IMG/VR virus record: IMGVR_UViG_3300001349_000001
Coordinates: 1 to 57,439 of that record
Length of the DNA stretch: 57,439 nucleotides
Source: a virus
Direction: 5' to 3' (one strand)
The translations under genes were made by a program, and so were the position numbers. Numbering within the stretch: the stretch's first letter is position 1; the number at the start of each line of letters is the position of its first letter. The notes under the pieces are model-generated. The model was not told the origin of the DNA. It worked only from the letters and a program-made list of their open reading frames with translations, and did no database searches. This document shows, piece by piece, positions 10,218-19,358 of the stretch.

Positions 10218-10622
10218 TTATATCGTTTTTATCATTTCTTTCGTGTAACTATCTCCAGCTACATAGCCAGAATTCTCGTAGGTTTTAATTAAACCTTCAT
10301 GTTTTATAAGGGCATAGATATATCTGCTCCCGTTGAGCTCACATCCTTTTGTTAAACTTTCTATTAATATACTCAATGCGCCTTTTCTATTTCCTTTATA
10401 ATCTTTATTAGATATAATCCAATCAACCCAAGATACTTTTGAGTTTGTCATATATATAAAACCTGCACAAACAGGTGTTTCATTATCTAAAACCATTAAA
10501 CCAGCCTGCCCGTCTTCAGGTAAAAAATCTCTAGAGGGAGGTGTCCAACCCCAATCACTCCACCATTTAATTAAATAATCCTCATAATCAGAGTGATTTA
10601 ACTTCCTTACCTTAAACTCCAT
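10218..10622 (-). CDS. GNAT-family N-acetyltransferase-like protein (134 aa)
   Basis: Size and pattern (VCAGFIYM...VDWIISNKDYKGNRKGALSILIESL...GYV) resemble the acetyl-CoA-binding core of GNAT enzymes. Confidence 0.55.
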   Translation of the reverse strand: MEFKVRKLNHSDYEDYLIKWWSDWGWTPPSRDFLPEDGQAGLMVLDNETPVCAGFIYMTNSKVSWVDWIISNKDYKGNRKGALSILIESLTKGCELNGSRYIYALIKHEGLIKTYENSGYVAGDSYTKEMIKTI

Positions 10623-10644
10623 GCTATTAAATTAGATTTCCTAG

Positions 10645-10652
10645 CAAAGATA
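10645..10652 (-). promoter_or_regulatory. Bacteroidota-type -7 box (TATCTTTG on the minus strand)
   Basis: Matches TAnnTTTG, 22 nt upstream of the GNAT start in the 37-nt intergenic gap. Confidence 0.4.
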
Positions 10653-10659
10653 CTAATTT

Positions 10660-12006
10660 TTAAGGATAACTTTTCATAACCTGTGATTCTACAGCAAATA
10701 ATTCGGTGGTAGTTGAGTCATTGTTTTCTATTGTAAATAAAAGATAATGACCTAAGACACCTTGAGATTCAGCAAGTGTATTTTTGTACGCGATTATAAA
10801 AGGATTTCCGCTATTTGGAGCTGTAGCTCCTTCGATAGTAGCATCTACAGTTATACGCCCTGGAACTATACCGGTAATTTGACCTGCTAAAGCCGGTGTA
10901 TTCGTTAAAGGATTGTTGTAATATAGGTAATCTCCAACACTAATAATGGAGTCTATATCTACTGAAACATTAAAGAATCTACTTGATTCAGACCCAGAAT
11001 AACTAGTCGCACTCCCTATACCATTAACCGACCTTAAGCTAAAAGTGTCTAGTATAGCTGGAACTTGAGAGGTGTTTTTTACTGAAGCAAACCACGCACC
11101 TTCTTTCTTTTCATACCAATTACTGCTGATGTATCCATTAGACTCTATGTCTGTGTTAACGCTAGTTTCCCAAGGCTTATCAGATTGAAGAGTTAAAGTT
11201 TTAAATAATTTATTTTCTAAAGGCAATTCATTAAATACACTAGTTACGCGAGAAGTGTATTGAGTCCCATAATAGTTGTTATATAAAGAGTTGGTGTTGT
11301 GCCTATATAAGTTACCGCCACTAAAACTATAAAAGTAATTATTCATTCCTATCATATAGTCTGGATTAAATGAATAAAAAGAAGGCCACCCTTTAACTCC
11401 CTCGCTGTAAGTAAGCGTGTATTGAGGACCTAAAGGAACTATAAGGTTAGGCACTGGATTGCTTGGTGGCGGTGTAGGTACTGGGGTTGAGGTAGGCGCA
11501 GGAGTAGGAGTAGGGGTAGGAGCTGGAGTAGGAGTAGGCAATGGAGTTGGCTCTGGGGTTGGTGTAGGAGCAGGTTCTGCTCTTTGACCCCTGAAATATA
11601 ATTTTGCAGTACCCGTAAGATTCTGCCCTCGCAAGCTCATTGGAAATATATAAATGGTATAGTCTCCGGCAGGCAAAGGAGATGCACTAATAGTTACTCC
11701 TTCCCAGCTTGCATTAGGATTGTTTAAGTCTACTAGCAGAGGGGGCGTTCTAGTGAAGTCAATAACCAACTCTCCAACAGAGTTTAGTATAACACCTTCA
11801 ACACTAATTTCGCCCTCACCTCCACTATAATTTAAATACAGGGCCGACCTTTCTTCTATAGTCCCTGTACCTACAGTGAGTGCAGTAGGCAGGGTAACTG
11901 TTTTACTTCTAGCTACAGTGTATTGATTTCCGTTAGAATCATAAACTGTTCCAGACCCTCTATCTGTTTCTTTTATACTTACCTCTCTACTAAATGCTAT
12001 ACTCAT
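10660..12006 (-). CDS. Virion protein with a central Pro/Thr-rich linker (448 aa)
   Basis: N-terminal beta-rich domain, a 44-aa PT linker (aa 144-187) and a C-terminal domain. Located in the structural module. Confidence 0.55.
   Translation of the reverse strand: MSIAFSREVSIKETDRGSGTVYDSNGNQYTVARSKTVTLPTALTVGTGTIEERSALYLNYSGGEGEISVEGVILNSVGELVIDFTRTPPLLVDLNNPNASWEGVTISASPLPAGDYTIYIFPMSLRGQNLTGTAKLYFRGQRAEPAPTPTPEPTPLPTPTPAPTPTPTPAPTSTPVPTPPPSNPVPNLIVPLGPQYTLTYSEGVKGWPSFYSFNPDYMIGMNNYFYSFSGGNLYRHNTNSLYNNYYGTQYTSRVTSVFNELPLENKLFKTLTLQSDKPWETSVNTDIESNGYISSNWYEKKEGAWFASVKNTSQVPAILDTFSLRSVNGIGSATSYSGSESSRFFNVSVDIDSIISVGDYLYYNNPLTNTPALAGQITGIVPGRITVDATIEGATAPNSGNPFIIAYKNTLAESQGVLGHYLLFTIENNDSTTTELFAVESQVMKSYP
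11446..11577 (-). repeat. Low-complexity (Pro-Thr)n-coding tract
   Basis: Encodes EPAPTPTPEPTPLPTPTPAPTPTPTPAPTSTPVPTPPPSNPVPN. Locally GC-rich, with reiterated ggagtagg units on the plus strand. Confidence 0.9.
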
Positions 12007-12025
12007 ATAAAAAATATTCTAGCTA

Positions 12026-12033
12026 CAAAATTA
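12026..12033 (-). promoter_or_regulatory. Bacteroidota-type -7 box (TAATTTTG on the minus strand)
   Basis: Matches TAnnTTTG, 19 nt upstream of the 448-aa gene start. Confidence 0.4.
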
Positions 12034-12058
12034 CGATTTTATTCTCAATGTATTAAAG

Positions 12059-13288
12059 TTAAATTTTAGCTACTCTTTTATCCGACCATCCATTAGAAGA
12101 GCTGTAAGGCCACAACACCCATTGATGGGGTGTAGGCCCATTATACTCTATAGACACGTCTATGCTTTCGTGAGGCCCGTTAATTAAGTTGTATATAGTT
12201 TCTTTATTTAAATCATCTCGATATAATTGATTATTATCTTTATCTTCAAGAATTAAAGCGGCAAACTCATAATCATTGTAAGGAAAAAAGTTTTTAAATA
12301 TTTTAAATAAATGTTTGAATACTAAAAAATAAGAGTCATTTGAATTACCAGGAGGATTCTTGTTAAGTAAACAAGGCTCTGTTATACATCTATCTTTGAA
12401 CCTGATACCGCTATATACTTCATAATCACTTATAGACCTAAAGCTTCCAATATCATACCCATTAAAAGTGTTTTTATTACAAGGAGAACAAACCTCTCCA
12501 TCAATACCTAGTAAACGTCTGGTTCTTGAATGAGCAACATCGTTTTTTAAATGCCAATCTTTATCGTCATCCCAATGCTTTACTCTATTATCTCTTGTGT
12601 ATTCATGCCAACATATTAATTTATGAGGGTGAAACAAATCATAACCCCACGTATAAGCTCTAACACCTATTGTTATTTCTTCTCCGTGAAAATAAAAAGA
12701 AGGATCGTGTTGAACTTCATTGCAAAACGAACCTAGCGTAAAGGCAAAATGCGCAGAGTAAAATCTAGCAGGGACAGGATCTTTAACTGATTCATCAATA
12801 TAATAAGGAAGAAAAAACACCACTCCTTCTGGAGTAAATCTGTCAAATGACATACCACATGGTTTATCTCCTCTTCCATTAGGATCATTAGAAGGATCAT
12901 ACCCAGGCATGTATCCTGTTAACAAAGGCTTATTGTATCCCTTTAACTTAAGAGACTCCATCATTTCTATACAAACAGAATCCCAACCTTCAATAAATCT
13001 ATGGTGAGAGTCTAATTGAAGGGTGTATTTCTCTCCTGAATAGTGTTGTTGTATTTGATTTCTAGCCCAACAAGCTCCTAATGATTCTTGATAAGGAATA
13101 TCAATTATAATAAACCTATCATCTCCTGCGTATTTCTGTAAAGTATCCCAGTGATCTTCTTCACTGTGTTGATGAGCTATACATATCTTTAATAGTTCTG
13201 GGTTATCTGCATTACGGAGTAAGTCCTCTATGGTTGGTATTAATTGAGGGTCTCTATAGCTGGCAATTTGAATAAATATAGTGTTCAT
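12059..13288 (-). CDS. Glycosyltransferase, GlcNAc-transferase (Skp1 Gnt1-like) family, with an extra C-terminal domain (409 aa)
   Basis: The N-terminus TIFIQIASYRDPQLIPTIEDLL...ICIAHQH and the LQLDSHHRF motif closely resemble the conserved start and DxH/DxD-like motif of that family, as I recall it. Confidence 0.7.
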   Translation of the reverse strand: MNTIFIQIASYRDPQLIPTIEDLLRNADNPELLKICIAHQHSEEDHWDTLQKYAGDDRFIIIDIPYQESLGACWARNQIQQHYSGEKYTLQLDSHHRFIEGWDSVCIEMMESLKLKGYNKPLLTGYMPGYDPSNDPNGRGDKPCGMSFDRFTPEGVVFFLPYYIDESVKDPVPARFYSAHFAFTLGSFCNEVQHDPSFYFHGEEITIGVRAYTWGYDLFHPHKLICWHEYTRDNRVKHWDDDKDWHLKNDVAHSRTRRLLGIDGEVCSPCNKNTFNGYDIGSFRSISDYEVYSGIRFKDRCITEPCLLNKNPPGNSNDSYFLVFKHLFKIFKNFFPYNDYEFAALILEDKDNNQLYRDDLNKETIYNLINGPHESIDVSIEYNGPTPHQWVLWPYSSSNGWSDKRVAKI

Positions 13289-13367
13289 TTAAATTAATTT
13301 AATTTACCTTGCTAAGTTATGTAAAATAAAAACTAATCCGATAATCGCACAAGATAATTAACTATAA

Positions 13368-14819
13368 TCAAATACCTCCTCCGATAATCTCTTCTGCCGA
13401 TAAAGTTATAGTTGTTGTGTCTGCAATAGTACCACTAGCATTACCTACTCTTAATTCAACAGCAGCGGGGTTAGTCCATCCGTTAGTTCCTCCATTATAG
13501 TATAATGGAACTTGAGCATTGCCTGTTCCTGAAGATTGACCAACTGAAAAATATGAGCTAGCTTGACCTCCGCCTCCACTGAATGTTATGGCCCAAGGCC
13601 CATTTGCGGTAATAAAAAGAAGTCTATTGTCTGCCGATCCTCTCTCAATATTAAACGACCCTGGAGTCATGCTTAAGATAGGGGTAACAGCCTCTCCAGT
13701 AGCGTTATCCGAACAAGGAATAGTAGATCCAGTGTTTGCTACAGGAACATCCACCCCTCCTCTTTGAATTGTAGTTGCAGTAACCTCTATGTTTAATGAA
13801 TATGTATTACTTCCAGCTTGATATGTACTAGGGCTAATAGACCCCGGTACAATCGTGCCGTTAGCAACCTGCGCGTCAACAGGGTCTCCAACCACTCCGT
13901 CTGATATAGTAAGTCCTGCGTCACTACATTCAAAGTTTTGAGCTGCAGGTGGTATAGAAGGGCATCCAGTTTCACCGGATACTGCTGTAGCACTAGGTAT
14001 TTCTATTTCTCCGCCTCCAGAGTAACTTCCGTCTATTACATAATAAACACTAGAATTATCAACCATACGTTGATTAAGACTTAAAGAATCTGTAGTGCTA
14101 ACATAAAAATTATTTTCACTATCACTACATCTTCTAAGTATATATCCTGATGTTATTGGAGGACAGCCAAATTCGCCAGGCAAAGCATTAATGCTATTAG
14201 GAAGTAGATTAGTTGTTGATGTTAAAATAGGCTGAGTATTGTCGTAGAAATAGTAGTTGCCATTTGCCCCGTCAAGATATCTTTGACTATTAGTAGGCTC
14301 TGAAGTGAAATTCATATACCCGCTAGTAGGAGTAACTCCTGCGTTATTTTGACAACCTCTCAAGAAATAATAATATAATGTAGGTCCTGGAGGAACAACA
14401 GGTGATGTTCCAACTGCATTAGCGGAACAAGGTCCAATGGTTGCTCCGGCATTAGTATAAGGTAAGGGGGCTATTACGCTAACAGTATAAGCATTAGTTC
14501 CTAACTGATATGTCGAAGGACTGATAGAGCCGCTTATTGTTCCATTAACAACACTACCTACAACTGCATCCCCTACAATACCTGGGGCTACAGAAAATCC
14601 TGATATAGCACACGTAAACACAAGCGGCTGTGGTGTAGGATTGCTTGCACAATTAGGACAAGTTTGAGCCTCTAAAAGTCTGCAGTTTACTTGTTGACGA
14701 GATATTACTCCGTCAGAATAAAACCCGTCAGGAGCACAAGCGCTAAGATCTGCATTTGTATATACCGCCGTTGCACTTGAGAAAGTAGCTGCATCAAAAT
14801 AATAAGTTCCTTGTGCCAT
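13368..14819 (-). CDS. Cys-containing tail/fibre-like structural protein with internal domain duplications (483 aa)
   Basis: Two copies of a ~50-aa module (C.ISGFSVAPGIVGDAVVGSVVNGTISGSISPSTYQLGTNAYT / CSDAGLTISDGVVGDPVDAQVANGTIVPGSISPSTYQAGSNTYS) and two GCP...SGY modules. Confidence 0.5.
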   Translation of the reverse strand: MAQGTYYFDAATFSSATAVYTNADLSACAPDGFYSDGVISRQQVNCRLLEAQTCPNCASNPTPQPLVFTCAISGFSVAPGIVGDAVVGSVVNGTISGSISPSTYQLGTNAYTVSVIAPLPYTNAGATIGPCSANAVGTSPVVPPGPTLYYYFLRGCQNNAGVTPTSGYMNFTSEPTNSQRYLDGANGNYYFYDNTQPILTSTTNLLPNSINALPGEFGCPPITSGYILRRCSDSENNFYVSTTDSLSLNQRMVDNSSVYYVIDGSYSGGGEIEIPSATAVSGETGCPSIPPAAQNFECSDAGLTISDGVVGDPVDAQVANGTIVPGSISPSTYQAGSNTYSLNIEVTATTIQRGGVDVPVANTGSTIPCSDNATGEAVTPILSMTPGSFNIERGSADNRLLFITANGPWAITFSGGGGQASSYFSVGQSSGTGNAQVPLYYNGGTNGWTNPAAVELRVGNASGTIADTTTITLSAEEIIGGGI

Positions 14820-14829
14820 TTATTTTAAT

Positions 14830-17800
14830 TTAAGTTGGACAATTTAATGTTGTAGTCCATACGTTATTACTTAAAGGAGAGTATACCTCAACCACAGCAT
14901 TTGTAGTAGCTGTAGATTTAGTAAATGAAGCTGTCCCTGTTCCTGTTCCCGCTATAACTTCAGGAGGAAGACCTCTAGATGCAAGCGCATTATTTAATTG
15001 ACCTTGATAAGAAGAGTCTCCTCTATATCCTGTATCTATAACAACAATTCCATCGTACTTAACTAATATCTTAGAAGGAACTGAAGTTACACTGTAATCA
15101 AGAACAACGTTTCCGTTTATAGATCCTAACGTAACATTGGATAAGTTAGGAAATACCACCCCTCCAGAATAAGCGTTAGCAACACCACAATTAACCACAG
15201 GCCCTATTGGTATGGTAGGACAACAAGCATCAACATAATTATTGTCTACGTTTAGTATAGCGCTAGTTGAATCTCTATAATCCCATATCATGTATAGTTT
15301 GTTTTCTAAAGCAGTACCTGTAGGCATTGTAAAGTTAGCGTAATTTTGATTTCCATTTACCACAACAGGAGTAGCTGTGTTAGCTGCTGAAACTAAAGCT
15401 AACATGTCTGCTGAATTATTTCCGTATGTAGTAGCTGTTCTTAAATATTGAAATTTATTTGATGTAGCATCAAACACAAAATCATCAGTGTCTAGCTTAT
15501 TACTTATCATACTTACAGTAGCTCCTGCTGATGGAGCAAAAATACCCGTTGGCCCTGAGCCGCTAGCAAATTGAGATATAACAGGAGTAGATTGACCTCC
15601 AGAAAACTGAACTTGATTTGACTGAACTGAAGACGAGAAAGGTCCGTCAATCCAAGAATATTCATTATGAATAGTTTGAGTGGCTTCATTATCACTAGTT
15701 AAGGTAATATTATAAAGAGTCATTATGTTTTCAGTTACACAACCAGTAGTTATTTGAATCGTATCAGACTCTGTTGAGCTTGTTGTTACCACTAAAGTTA
15801 TAGTCGTAACATCTACTAAAGTTTTAGGCACAGTAATAGATCCGCTTACATATACAGGCCCTACTGTTCCATATCCCACATTATTATAATAAGCGTTTAT
15901 AGTATACCCAACTCCTGTGTTGGTAGTTTCCGTAACTATATCACTACTAGATTCACTTATAATATCAACTAACCCAGTCCCTGTAGAAGGAGTGTTTGGC
16001 TGAGTTATAACACTGTCTTCCTCAGCGTTAGGAATAATATAATCAATAACAACTGATCCTACGTTTTGACCTACATTAACACAATAAATAGTCTCTCTGC
16101 TAGGCTCAACAACAACGTTTTCTGCTACGCCACAAGGGAAACAATTAACATCACCAGATTCGGTCTGAGAATTTGTGGCTAAGACATATTCGTTCATGTA
16201 AGGATCATAAGCTCCTAGCTTTTGATTGCTTATAGTGTCTATGAAAAAATCTCTAAACCAACCTCTCATGCCAAGCTGAGAAACAACTTCTAGTGTATCG
16301 TTCTGAAATGAGCTTCCGGTAAGCTTTATCACCGATCCTCTTTTAGAATCAGTAAAATATTTATTCGCACCATAAGAAGAAAAACTCTCAGGATTTGAAC
16401 TTATTCCGTACTCTTCAATTCTAGGAATTTGTTTACCTAAGATAGTGGGAACAGATGTTAAAACTCCACTTCCACTAGCATCACTCAACAAATCTTTTGA
16501 TACTAATACGTAAGATATTTTATCTTCTTGAAGTGTAAGTATATCATCTTTTCTTCCGTATAATTTTTCTATAGGCCCAAAAGACTCCTCAAGAGGCTTA
16601 AAGTTTAAAAGGCCTAAGTTAAATTCATTTAATTTATTTACGTTACTCTCGTCATTAAATACACCACTATAAGTTAAATCTGCAAATCTATTAGATTCTT
16701 TATATATCTGAGAAGAAGTTGTGGTTACTCTATTCCCAAAGTTTAAATCTTTACCTTTTACAGAGTCTCTAATTTTATAACTCTCTACACCATTACCAAA
16801 AGCAATACAGTTATAAAACCCAGTATCTATAATAGCGTCTTGAGGAGTAGTGGTAGCCCCATTATTAAAATCAATAAGTTGATTTTGAACATTACCAGTA
16901 TGTTGACCTAGATTGTCTATAGCAAAAGACAAATCATTCTCGTACCATATATCAACAGAGCCGTCTAATGGTATAGTCTCAAACACAATAGTGTCACTAG
17001 GAACTCTATTAACCTGTATTCTTTCGTCTGTATAAGCGTGTTTTTCATTAGGGATACCGAATACACTATAATAAGAATCCCTGCCTGCTGCAGACAAAAG
17101 AAAAAGTTGATTAGTTGCAGAGTTTCTGAAAAATTTAAATTCAATCTGATCCCTCGCAGTATCAGGCATGTCAGTATACAAAGGGTCTCTAGCCTCCGTT
17201 TGCAACGTACTATTATAGTTTATTTCCCAAGGATCTCCTCCTGGCCCAATAGAAGACACTCCATTATCTATTAATAGATTAAAATCTTCTCCGTCCCAAA
17301 AATCCTTAAAGTCGCTATAATCTGCTCTAGATCTTACGCTGAGGCTTAAGTTGTAATCCCTACCTTCTGTTATTTGAGAACCAAATGCTCTCAAGCTTGC
17401 TTGAGTAAAATCAAAAGAATATTGAACTCCACTTCCTTCTGGAACTGTATAATCAATATAACTAGTAGCTCCTGTGCCTCCAGGATTAACTGAATTTACT
17501 GGATAAGCTATAAAAGAAGGACCTATCGAACTTGTACTAGCACCATGGAGAGTCCCCTCGTCCACAAAACTTCCCCCAGGTTCTTCGTTATTTTCTATAA
17601 CAAAATTGTTCGCATTAATTTTCATATACACCCCGGCAGGAACTAGTATAGTTCCGCCATCGTTACCCCCTGAAGGAGGGTTTAAAGGATCTGGTATAGT
17701 TATAAAATTCTGTGTTTTAGCTTCTTTCTCTAGTACAGTAGTATAAGTGCAGTTAGATATTACTCCCCTACTGTCGGTCTTAACTATTAATCTATCCCCC

Positions 17801-19356
17801 GCTTCTACCTTATTAGCGTTTTCTCCTTCTAAAAAAAAGTAAGTCGCATTACTGTCTGGATCATCGTAATAAGTGCTCGTATAAATAGTCTCGTAAGTAG
17901 TTCTGTCCGGCTTAATAACAAATTTATACCTAGTAGCCCAAGAAGGAGCTATTTGAGCTGGAGTAACAGATGTTGAAGCAGGGCCTGGGCCTCCTGGAAT
18001 TATAGCTTTAATTTTATTTACAGAAGAAGATTTTCCGCAAGGAATATGGATAGTGTTGTCTACGCTTACTTGAGCAGTACTAGACCTGTTAAATTCATCC
18101 ATATACACAATACCAAGCTCATAGCCCCTGTTACTGTGTAAACTGTAATTATTAGACAACTCTTGAAAAGTTCCTGAAGATACATTTATTTGATAGAATT
18201 CATATAAAGTCTGGGTAGGAGTTACTAGGTTATCAACAAATTGTACTGCAGGAATCTGAAGATCTATTACATCACTTCCAGAAGTACTTATTATTTCAAT
18301 AGCTTGACCAACACCAGATATACCGCTATTAGATTTAGTTACAGTACCGGTTGGTGTAGTTAAAGTATTAGGTATTGAGCAATTAAAAACATCTGTGAAA
18401 GTTGTTCCGTCACAAGACGTAGCCATAGGCTTTATAGTCGAGCTACTCCCTACGTAAGCTATAAAATGATCACTAATAGCCAACTCGTGAACGCTATTAA
18501 AAGCTTGAGGTAAAACATAATCAAAGGCAATTAGTGTACCTACAGTCGTTTCATTAGGCAAAGGAGTTTGACCTTCAAAAGAAGAGTGTAAAAATTGAAT
18601 ATCAATAAATATTCTAGAGCCGGCTAATAGCGGCTGACCGCTTAAATTTACGGACAATACAGATTCAGGAACAGTTATGGATGATCCGCTTATAGTATAG
18701 TCTCCGCTAATATTAGAAATATCGATATCAGCTAAACCTACATCTTTAGACTCAAGCTCAGTATTGTAGGTAAATTTAACAGGATTATTGAGTTTATCTA
18801 CTAAATCATGACCTTCTGTGTAATTACCATAAATCAATCTATTACCCATAAGTGTTTGGGCGTTAGCCTTTAAAGGAACATTGTCGTAAAGTCTTAATAT
18901 TTCTGACTCAGGAAGTACTGTAAATATTTTTTGATTTTCAAAAACATATGTAGCTGTATTATCATTACCTAAATTTAAGGAAACTTTATCTAGCCTTTCT
19001 ATTATTTTTATAGTGCTATCACCCATCTCTTTAAACAAAAGCTCGACAGCAATAACTAAAGGTCCTCCTGTGTTATAGGTTATTTCAACAGCATTAGAAG
19101 AGTTAATCATTCCTTCATTTAGAAAGCTATCATAACTAAACGTATATGGTTCAGAGGTAAATGCAGGATCACTAAATTGTGATGTTGCTGAAAACTCCCC
19201 GTTTTGATATTCATATCTATAAGCAAAACAAACAAATCTTTCTTCTAAAAAATTATTTTGTGTTGGTAATGTAATTGGTTTTATTGTAGGAGATGAAGTA
19301 GGTGGTTTTTTTATCACCAAAATACTTTCCGCGCTAAAGTTATCTATATATGACAT
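14830..19356 (-). CDS. Large tail structural protein (1508 aa)
   Basis: 4.5-kb ORF in the structural arm with a beta-rich, Ser/Thr/Asn/Gly-rich composition. The function is positional. Confidence 0.55.
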   Translation of the reverse strand: MSYIDNFSAESILVIKKPPTSSPTIKPITLPTQNNFLEERFVCFAYRYEYQNGEFSATSQFSDPAFTSEPYTFSYDSFLNEGMINSSNAVEITYNTGGPLVIAVELLFKEMGDSTIKIIERLDKVSLNLGNDNTATYVFENQKIFTVLPESEILRLYDNVPLKANAQTLMGNRLIYGNYTEGHDLVDKLNNPVKFTYNTELESKDVGLADIDISNISGDYTISGSSITVPESVLSVNLSGQPLLAGSRIFIDIQFLHSSFEGQTPLPNETTVGTLIAFDYVLPQAFNSVHELAISDHFIAYVGSSSTIKPMATSCDGTTFTDVFNCSIPNTLTTPTGTVTKSNSGISGVGQAIEIISTSGSDVIDLQIPAVQFVDNLVTPTQTLYEFYQINVSSGTFQELSNNYSLHSNRGYELGIVYMDEFNRSSTAQVSVDNTIHIPCGKSSSVNKIKAIIPGGPGPASTSVTPAQIAPSWATRYKFVIKPDRTTYETIYTSTYYDDPDSNATYFFLEGENANKVEAGDRLIVKTDSRGVISNCTYTTVLEKEAKTQNFITIPDPLNPPSGGNDGGTILVPAGVYMKINANNFVIENNEEPGGSFVDEGTLHGASTSSIGPSFIAYPVNSVNPGGTGATSYIDYTVPEGSGVQYSFDFTQASLRAFGSQITEGRDYNLSLSVRSRADYSDFKDFWDGEDFNLLIDNGVSSIGPGGDPWEINYNSTLQTEARDPLYTDMPDTARDQIEFKFFRNSATNQLFLLSAAGRDSYYSVFGIPNEKHAYTDERIQVNRVPSDTIVFETIPLDGSVDIWYENDLSFAIDNLGQHTGNVQNQLIDFNNGATTTPQDAIIDTGFYNCIAFGNGVESYKIRDSVKGKDLNFGNRVTTTSSQIYKESNRFADLTYSGVFNDESNVNKLNEFNLGLLNFKPLEESFGPIEKLYGRKDDILTLQEDKISYVLVSKDLLSDASGSGVLTSVPTILGKQIPRIEEYGISSNPESFSSYGANKYFTDSKRGSVIKLTGSSFQNDTLEVVSQLGMRGWFRDFFIDTISNQKLGAYDPYMNEYVLATNSQTESGDVNCFPCGVAENVVVEPSRETIYCVNVGQNVGSVVIDYIIPNAEEDSVITQPNTPSTGTGLVDIISESSSDIVTETTNTGVGYTINAYYNNVGYGTVGPVYVSGSITVPKTLVDVTTITLVVTTSSTESDTIQITTGCVTENIMTLYNITLTSDNEATQTIHNEYSWIDGPFSSSVQSNQVQFSGGQSTPVISQFASGSGPTGIFAPSAGATVSMISNKLDTDDFVFDATSNKFQYLRTATTYGNNSADMLALVSAANTATPVVVNGNQNYANFTMPTGTALENKLYMIWDYRDSTSAILNVDNNYVDACCPTIPIGPVVNCGVANAYSGGVVFPNLSNVTLGSINGNVVLDYSVTSVPSKILVKYDGIVVIDTGYRGDSSYQGQLNNALASRGLPPEVIAGTGTGTASFTKSTATTNAVVEVYSPLSNNVWTTTLNCPT

Positions 19357-19358
19357 AT

